Shown here in pieces: positions 56,367 to 64,000 of a stretch of 64,000 nucleotides of DNA; within the stretch, counting starts at the first letter, position 1; each line of letters begins with the position of its first letter. Source of the stretch: Nitrosopumilaceae archaeon (GTDB taxonomy: Archaea > Thermoproteota > Nitrososphaeria > Nitrososphaerales > Nitrosopumilaceae); NCBI GenBank assembly GCA_965207375.1, contig CBDBMG010000003.1:704001-768000 (forward strand). Reading direction: 5' to 3'. A program made the position numbers and the translations under genes. Below the pieces are notes generated by a model that made no database searches, was not told the origin of the DNA, and saw nothing but the letters and a program-made list of their open reading frames with translations.

Positions 56367-57267
56367 AAACAGGAGCTATAGTTATTATACTCTGTCAACC
56401 ATAATATAAATAATCACATGCATTATTTGAAAAACTCTAGTATAGCTAGCTATATAGTTATATTTCAACCAGTATTAGTTAATACATAGCTATACATCTG
56501 GTTCTGTAGTACATAGCTATGTTTTGCATCTAGCTGTTGTATATACATAGCTATATAGCTAGCTTTATCATTTTGTACACATACATTAGGCCATCAATGC
56601 TGCTATTAGTAAAATCAAAATGGATATATATTTACCTGTGGTCACTAGCTAGCTACAGGAACCAATAGTTATTATATTAAACCGGAGGTTAATAACAGTG
56701 GGAGATTGCACCACCTAGGTTTTGTGGTTAAACATTGCAAGTTTGAATACCAGTTCGGGATGCGTCTCTATTTTAGCTACTTATTTTTCTTTCAAGAATA
56801 TCTTTTCTATTTCCAAAATTTTGCTTATACGTAGCTACAACTACATGTATATCTAGCTATATAGGTATCTCAAAAACCATAACATCTTAGCTATACCCAT
56901 AAAACACATAACATTATATTACTACCCTTATTGAGCCCACATATGGTGCTTGCAGCCTTGCATTCCATACCGCCCCTTTACTGGATGTGCAAAACAATTG
57001 GCACTAATTAGAGTAGACAAATAATTGAATGTAACTTGTGAATTATAGGGAGTTTCAAGAAATCCTATACGTATTTAAAATCGAGTACGAAAACAGGTCT
57101 TATCTGCACATCCAAGTTTATGACTTTGAAGACACATACCGTATAGTAAAAAACTTTGGCGGTAAAAAAGTTTGGCGAATTTGGTGAATCCCCTACAATT
57201 CGCCAAAGTTTTTGTCGCCAATTGTTTCTAAATAATCACGTGATACAATTCTGTGCCACGCGTGTCA

Positions 57268-58702
57268 TAAAGTCTATCCTTCATTACTTTAAGTCTGCAC
57301 TAAAGGACGACGAAACGGATGTTTCTCTGCCTAACCCGCATGGACCTTTAAGCAGTAAGATGCCATCTGGAGCTATCGAAATCGCCAATAAGAAGGTGGC
57401 AGAAATTGTTGCGCCACCAACTGCAGCCGATTCGGAACCTACAAGTAGTTCCAGGAAGCGTTACATCAAGTTGACTCCAGCGCAAAGATTTACTGTTGGA
57501 AAACGGGCAGCTGAGCACGGAACAACAGCAGCAATGAGATATTTTTCTTACAAGTATTCCGGCAACTTCGCTTCGTTGAAGGAGACCACCGTCAGGAGGC
57601 TGAAGACTCAGTACCTAGAGCAAGTCTCTCGTAACGATAATTCACAACAAGGTGAAAGCATCCAAGAACTACCTCTAAAGAAAAATGGACGACCACTTAT
57701 GTTAGGCGAATAACAGGTTAGGGAATACATAAGGGATCTACGGGCTCAGGGTGTTGTTATAAATACAGCAGTTGTGTTAGGTGCTGCAGAAGGGATAATT
57801 ATGCACAAAGATGCAAACTTGTTGTCATCATTTAATTTGATAGAAGGCTGGGCAAAGTATCTACTGAGAAGAATGGGGTTCGTAAAAAGAAAGGGAACAA
57901 CTAAAGCAAAAGGATCTGTTGAACACTTTGAAGAGGTGAAGAGAAAATATCTACAAGACATGGAACTAGTCATCGCCATGGATGAAATTCCAGACGATCT
58001 TGTTGTTAATTTTGATCAAACAGGGGTACATTATATTCCGGTTTCAGACTGGACGATGGCTGAGGAAGGGGCAAAACGGATAGAAATTGCAGGCAAAGAT
58101 GACAAAAGACAGATAACTGTGGTCTTTGCTGGGTCAATGGGTGGCGAGTTTTTACCTCCACAATTGGTATATGAGGGGAAAACAACACGCTGCCTGCCCC
58201 ACTATAGCTTTCCATCAGGATGGCACGTGACTTATTCGGCCAACCATTGGTCAAATGAAAATACGATGAATGAATATCTAGAGCACATTATTTTACCATA
58301 CATCCGTAATAAGAGGGCACAACTGAAACTTGCTGAGAATTATCCAGCATTGTTAACTTTCGATAATTTCAAGGCACAATGCACTGCCCCCATCCTGACC
58401 CTCCTTGATCAAAATAACATTAATGTTGTCCTGATCCCCCTAATTGTACCGACCGGCTACAGCCTTTAGATTTAAGTGTCAATAAGTCAGCAAAATCTTT
58501 TCTGCGAAATGAATTTCAAACTTGGTACGCTAAGCAAGTTTGCTCACAGTTACAAGGACAGTCCGAGAATAAGCCTGTTGATTTAAGGCTTAGCATAGTC
58601 AAGCCCTTAGCAGCTGAATGGATGAAATCTTGTTATGACTACATCAAAAGCAAACCCATTATTATTCAAAATGGCTTTAGAGAAGCTGGAATCTTGAAGT
58701 GA
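57268..58702 (+). pseudogene. pogo-family DDD transposase (HTH, CENP-B-like HTH, DDE_1)
   Basis: NFDQTG, TFDNF and QPLD triad; DKRQIT and NHWSNE motifs; in-frame stop at 57711-57713 and a frameshift at ~58440 (IPPNCTDRLQPLD). The start position is approximate. Confidence 0.92.
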
Positions 58703-58853
58703 CTACCTCACACTTTATAACAGTTGTGATTTCCAATAATTGATAATTACCAATACTTTAATCATACATTATATATATGCTAATCAATTTCATATATATA
58801 TATAGTACATTTGATCATTGATTTGTATAATATTATGATAAGATACTGTACAT

Positions 58854-59902
58854 TTAATAACATGGAAAAGGGGATATTTGCTTTTGATTAAAGCAATGTA
58901 CCAGATGCATTCTCATAGCAGATTGATCTAAGTTTTGCTTACTAGGTTGTAATCCAAAGGCTATAGCTGTTGCAAAGGCAATAGCAAATAACCCACAATC
59001 CTTTTTCCCTTTTTGTTTCTGACAGCGGCCCATTGTTATCTGTGGTTTTGGTGAGTTGGTAGTACCAAAAAGATGATGAATGATTCTGATTGTTTCCTTA
59101 TCACAATAAGTAAACAATGAATCAAAAGCTTTTACCTCTCCTAGCTTGCAATTTACAGTGGTGACTGTAATCCAGTGGTGTCTTTCATGACAATGAACAA
59201 TTTGGACATTATTCACAGGGTTGTTTTCTGCAGTAGCTTCTCTCCTTTCCTGAAAAAGCGTGGATCTGAGTCCATTTAATCCAGGATGTTGTGTCTTTAG
59301 CAACTCCTGTGCTAAGTTAATCTCAATGTCAGACAATTCCTGGCCCATTATGATTTGCTCTTCACTAAAGATTTTCAGTTTTTTACTCGGAGGAGATTGA
59401 TCAGTGTCTTGAGCTAGTTCAGTCAAGTCTATAAAAGGGTCAGAACCGTCAGATTCCATAGCCAATGCATCGCTAATGTCAGGGGTTGGTGTGTGAGTAG
59501 TACATTCTGCACTTTCTTTTGGCTTCATACCCAACACTGATTCAAATATACGCTTAGTCTTAGCCTTTTCTTTCTCTTCTGCTGCTACAAATGTTAAAAC
59601 ACAGGGCACCTCTAACCCCCCTTGAGGTAAGTCCGACGAATAGCGTCGGTGCCCATTTACTTCACAAAGTATCATTCCACCTCGCCTTAAAAAATTGAAC
59701 AGAGTGAAGATATCTTCTTAGCAATATGCCCCACAATTGTTTGTACTCCTCCAATATCTTTTTTGATCGCCACAGCATGGGTATCGTAAGCGTTTCAAAT
59801 TTCACGCTCGCACAACAGTTCATCACTGCGCGATGGGTTTTCCCAAATGGTTTTGTATTGATGATAACCTCTAATCATCGAATCCACGCTGAAACTGTAC
59901 AT
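58854..59902 (-). pseudogene. HIRAN-like domain fused to a Ulp1/C48-like cysteine protease
   Basis: From ATG 59902: SMIRGYHQYK..W...LLCERE.*NAYDTHAVAI...IVGHI..KIS (HIRAN-like), then QIVH...HW, FDSL and QKQ...DCGLFAIAFA (H-D-C triad plus oxyanion Q). One stop (~59795) and a 1-bp deletion (~59690). Confidence 0.82.
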
Positions 59903-60700
59903 CGCAATCGTCGTTTGATACCGCACGAGGTCCGGTGCATATTAAAAAGAATTAAAATGATATCATTATAGATTCGCCAAAGTTTTTTTGCCAATTTTTT
60001 ATATAAACAAATTCGCCAAACTTTTTTACCGCCAAAGTTTTTTACTATACGGTAGCTAACTCACTCTATAGATACGTAGCACAAAATTGATACCTGAGAG
60101 ACTAAGCATATGACTGTAAAATTAATGGCGGATTGTTAGCTTATTCACAGGAGAAGTTATGGTTCACTGAATGTGCGTAATTGGATGTGCAGATAAGACC
60201 TGTTTTTGCAGACTCAGTCAAATAGCTTTAATGTAGTTCACTTGCCTTTGACACCTCTGGGATTAGTGGGTCTTTTTTCCACCACCATCAGTTGATTGTG
60301 GTGGGGTTGGTAGTTGTACGAGGGCTCTGTCCACCTGAGGAAACCTAACCAAGTCTAAGGCTGGGACTGAATTCGGAAGGTATATATATACATAAACATA
60401 TATACACATTTTAAATCAGGCAGATACCTAGAGGGTAGCTAGCTAGTTTATTGGATGGCTGAGGGTTATCCTCTGTTTAAACACTGCTTGGGTGTATCAG
60501 GCCAATGAAAGGCACATTAAGTGGCTTTCCACCCAAGCATAGACCATAACCGCCTGCTGATAGGCACAATAGCTACAGTTTGTACATGCACATACGTATC
60601 ACGATAAGCAATAGCTATGTACATATATAATATATATACGTATACATACGACTACGCTAAAGAAACTGGGATAAGAAGGTTATATGATGATACAAGACAG

Positions 60701-61250
60701 TTAAGAGGTAGTTAGTAGCGGCAGTGTTGGCTTTTTGCTGATGCTAGAGCTTTTGATAAATCTCCAAGGTCCTGAGGTGTTAACAGTGTGGATGTGATGG
60801 GCTGGTGACATGAACTCACTGATACTAAGGAGGTTGAAGTAAGTAGTGCAGGCTGCCCAGATCCTCTCGATGTAGTAGTCCCTGGTGTGCTTTGACAAAG
60901 CTGTGTGCAGGCATTCCCTAATTGGAAAAGTGATGGGCTGGCGCTCATAGGGTTGTCTGGTGGTAGCTTGCAACTTACGGATCCCTTTTTTGAAAGCTGG
61001 TTCATTCGAGGAGTTGTCTGGATACTGGAGTATTCGCCTGCAGCAACACGCGAGTAGCAGACTGTGGACATGCAGGTACACTTGCATGGTTGAGTGGGAG
61101 AGTCCTTGCTGGACAAATGTGTGGCAAATAACAGCCATGTTTCTTCAGACGCTGGACGTGCCTGTTGTTAAGTCTGAGAGCAGAATGTGGTGTATTTCTG
61201 TAGGCTTGTGGTATTAAGCTCTTCTTGTGGCAGCTGATATTCCAAGATTG
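60701..61250 (-). pseudogene. Tyrosine recombinase N-terminal remnant
   Basis: GLSHSTMQVYL, KGIRKLQ, RQPIT and IWAAC..YFNLLSISEF (degenerate LR.SE motif). Confidence 0.7.
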
Positions 61251-61399
61251 GGCTGCTGCAGTCAGATGGAGTAAGGTGGTTGCTCTGCCAGAGACAAACC
61301 GCCACGACTGCTGTAAGTATTAATATAATAATAGTAATGATAGTATGAGCATCAACTAATTATGTTTGTGTGGTGGTATTGTACAACAGGTTAGTAAAA

Positions 61400-62988
61400 T
61401 TATTTAACGGATAATAAAGTTTCTTGGAATAAGTGGTGAAATTGGAGGGAAGTCCAATCCAGCTGTTTGGGAGAGACGAGTTTAACTGCTGATGGAGGTA
61501 TGCTGGTTGATTGTTGAGATAGTGTTGGGGTGGATATAAAGGCTTGGGTTAGGTTTCCACGTGAAAGGTGATCCGCAGTGACATTGAGTGCACCTGGTAG
61601 GTGAGTAGCTGTAACCTGAATGTTGAAATGTGCCACAAAGAACCATAAGCACCGAAGGAGGTGCATCACTAATTTGTCCTTGGATGAGCCCTTGTTGATG
61701 GCCACGACGAGGCTTGCATTATCACATTGAAAATTGATATGGCGCTGAGATAGTTGCACTCCCCAAACGATACAAGTGAATAGAATGGGTATCAGCTCTT
61801 TTGCCATGATTCTAATATCGGACCACTCCCGTGGCCATTGCCATTGCAGCCACTGGGAACCCAACACTGCTGCGCAGCCCCATGTCCCTGATGCATCTGT
61901 GTTGGCTAAGAAATCTGGGTTGGCAGGGATTGTAAGAAGGTGTGCCACCAAAGTAGGTCCGAGCGGAAGGCAACATTCAGCCTTGTGATAAAGTGCATCT
62001 TACGAAGTTTGGCTGCTGTTGGATACATTCGTGCCACAAAGGCTCTGCCTGGTCTGATGACCTTAGTGGCGTGCTGGAGGGTACCCACTAGCGACAAGAT
62101 CTCCCTCTTTGAGGCTTTTTTCCTTGGTATCCAGGTCTGGAGCAGTGCTTTCATTCTGATGAGCTTATCTGATGGCAGTCGGATTTCCATACGGTCAGTG
62201 TCTAGTATGATTCCTAAAAATGACAGTGATGTTGAAGGCCCCTCCAGTTTTTCAGATGCTAATGGGACTCCCAAGTCTGCACATAGGGATATAAAGATGT
62301 CTAGATTCCTTTGGCAAATGGCCGATGCTGGTGGTCCCATTGTCAAGTAGTCATCCAAGTAATGAATGAGATAAGACACTCCGGCATTCTGGGCAATCCA
62401 TGAGAGGAGATCGGCGAGGATGTTAAATAACTTGTGTGCTGATCGAAGACCGAATGGGATACAATGATCAATGTAGATGTTATTCTTCCAATTCATTCCT
62501 AGGAGGTGTCGGTCTGCTGGGTGCACTGGCAGTAACCGGAATGCACTTTTGATGTCAATCTTCACCAATATTGTTCCTCTTCCGGATTGCAGAATGCTTA
62601 GTATAGCGTGGTCTATGGTGACGTAAGAAAGGCTGCACAAAGCCGGTGAGATTCCATTATTAACGCTGCCGCCTGGTGGATATGACAGGTCAGTGATGAG
62701 GCGCCATTTGTCTGGCTGATGATTCTTTGGTATAACGCCAAATCTATTGATGTGAACATCTCCGCATCTTGAGCTTGGGTATGGACCTGACATCTGTCTT
62801 AATGCTAGTTCATGAAGTATATAGTCTTCTACCACTTTGGGTTGGGCAACTGTACTTTGAAGATTCTTCTTGATTGACTGTAGCTTGCTGCCACTGAATC
62901 CTATTCTGAAGCCGGTGAAGAGACTCTGTAGGAAGAACTGGACCAGGCCTTGATATGGGTAACTACGTAGGTGATGATCCCAAGCCAC
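61400..62988 (-). pseudogene. DIRS-type reverse transcriptase and RNase H (frameshifted junction)
   Basis: KWRLITDLS, KIDIKSAFR, PFGLRSA, HYLDD and FLGI; then TDASG, IMAKEL, CDN and N..AD.LSR. Confidence 0.92.
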
Positions 62989-63349
62989 CTTAATCAGTGG
63001 GCTCTCTATGCGAGTGGCCTCTGGAGGAATCTTTGTGGGGGCTGATACCAGGGGAAGGTGGTCCAGCCACTCTGGTAGCCATTGTTGATACGGCGTACAT
63101 GCTGTGTTCTGGGTCGATTCAAGTACACTCTGAAATATTTTATAATTTTAATAACGATATGAACTAGTACCAGATGATTCATATACCTTGTACATATCAA
63201 TATGTATTATAAGGTCACAAATCATATAAATTTTTTTACAGATAAATATACTTAACAAGTACTACAGCAAAAGGTAATATACTTAACAAGTACTACAGCC
63301 AAAGTCAAGGTACGTAAAGAGGTGGTGGGGGAGGGAGGTTGGCTCTGAC

Positions 63350-64000
63350 TCATGGGAACAATGGCGGTGGTCTTTGAGCGTTTATTGGCTGATGGTTCTG
63401 GGCTGGGTGGTTGGGACAGACGATGGCCTTGTGATTGATGTCCCTTGCTGCAGGGTTGACAGCGCAAATGGAGCATACATGCTCAAAGCGGCAGTTTGGG
63501 TACGAACAGGATTGGGAGGATTCTTGATTCCATTGCTGACAAATCAGTCTGCGACGAACAGGCCTAACACGAGACGCTCCTGTAAACTGCGGCTCTATTG
63601 GGGGTGAGGTAGGGTTGGGATCAAATTCACAATCCTGTGAGAGGTGGAACAGGCTAAAACAGTGTCTGCAACGGCTTGTCTTGGCTTGGCTGGTAAAGGC
63701 CAGAGTCCAGAGAGTGGAATCGATGTTGGACCATTTGCATTGGGGGTGGGCTGCGACTTGTTGCCGGAAGCGCCTGTCATATGCTAACCAGCTGTTGTTC
63801 CTATACTCGGGGCTGGCCTCAATTATCAGTATCTGATAGCCCATCAGGTCGGGGACACGATAGGGTTGTGTTTTTGCAATAACGGACACGTATACTGCGA
63901 AGGCTTGCAGCCATTCGCTAATATTAGCAACGGAACGATGCTTGATTTTTGATCTTGTGGTGTCTTCAAAACCCAGGCGGGTAGGTATAAGGTCTGCCAA
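63350..64000 (-). CDS. Ngaro/DIRS gag-like ORF with Cys/His zinc fingers (partial)
   Basis: WLAYDRRFRQ, CRHC...H...C and C...WN...C...C...H.C..C motifs. Confidence 0.8.
   Translation of the reverse strand: MADLIPTRLGFEDTTRSKIKHRSVANISEWLQAFAVYVSVIAKTQPYRVPDLMGYQILIIEASPEYRNNSWLAYDRRFRQQVAAHPQCKWSNIDSTLWTLAFTSQAKTSRCRHCFSLFHLSQDCEFDPNPTSPPIEPQFTGASRVRPVRRRLICQQWNQESSQSCSYPNCRFEHVCSICAVNPAARDINHKAIVCPNHPAQNHQPINAQRPPPLFP

Larger units (their letters stand above)
57139..60052 (+). mobile_element. pogo/Tc2-type DNA transposon, full length, with two convergent genes
   Basis: Perfect 45-bp TIRs CCGTATAGTAAAAAACTTTGGCGGTAAAAAAGTTTGGCGAATTTG; TA TSD (57137-57138, 60053-60054); nested in a MITE (~57085-60222). 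Confidence 0.96.
60450..64000 (-). mobile_element. Tyrosine-recombinase retrotransposon (DIRS order, Ngaro-like), degraded; runs off the window end
   Basis: Order gag - RT - RNase H - YR remnant; no methyltransferase domain after RNase H. Confidence 0.88.

Overview
AT-rich eukaryotic (animal) genomic DNA, most likely a demosponge; this is an inference from GT-AG introns, a sponge-type expanded cysteine-rich domain and the repeat repertoire. There are no prokaryotic genes, CRISPR arrays, rRNA or tRNA. The window is a dense nest of mobile elements, many of which I could delimit by terminal inverted repeats (TIRs) and target-site duplications (TSDs): an internally deleted AcademX element (2442-5625), a long-TIR element carrying a PHD-finger gene (14862-17849), a Mutator-like element (27850-32820), an IS3EU-type element with satellite-filled kilobase TIRs (34962-42904), and a pogo/Tc2 element carrying a second HIRAN-like plus Ulp1-type protease gene (57139-60052). 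Also present are KDZ, CACTA, Gypsy, LINE, Helitron-Rep and Ngaro/DIRS remnants and many MITEs. Two unrelated non-coding families share one architecture: a 330-420 bp foldback palindrome at one end and a subterminal repeat plus small stem-loop at the other (four palindrome-bearing copies). Host-type exons include a divergent citron-like C1-PH gene, a decayed BLM/RecQ fragment, a lone EGF exon and a hidden (Gly-Ser-X)n exon. Coordinates were read by eye, and family assignments rest on motif recall rather than database searches.
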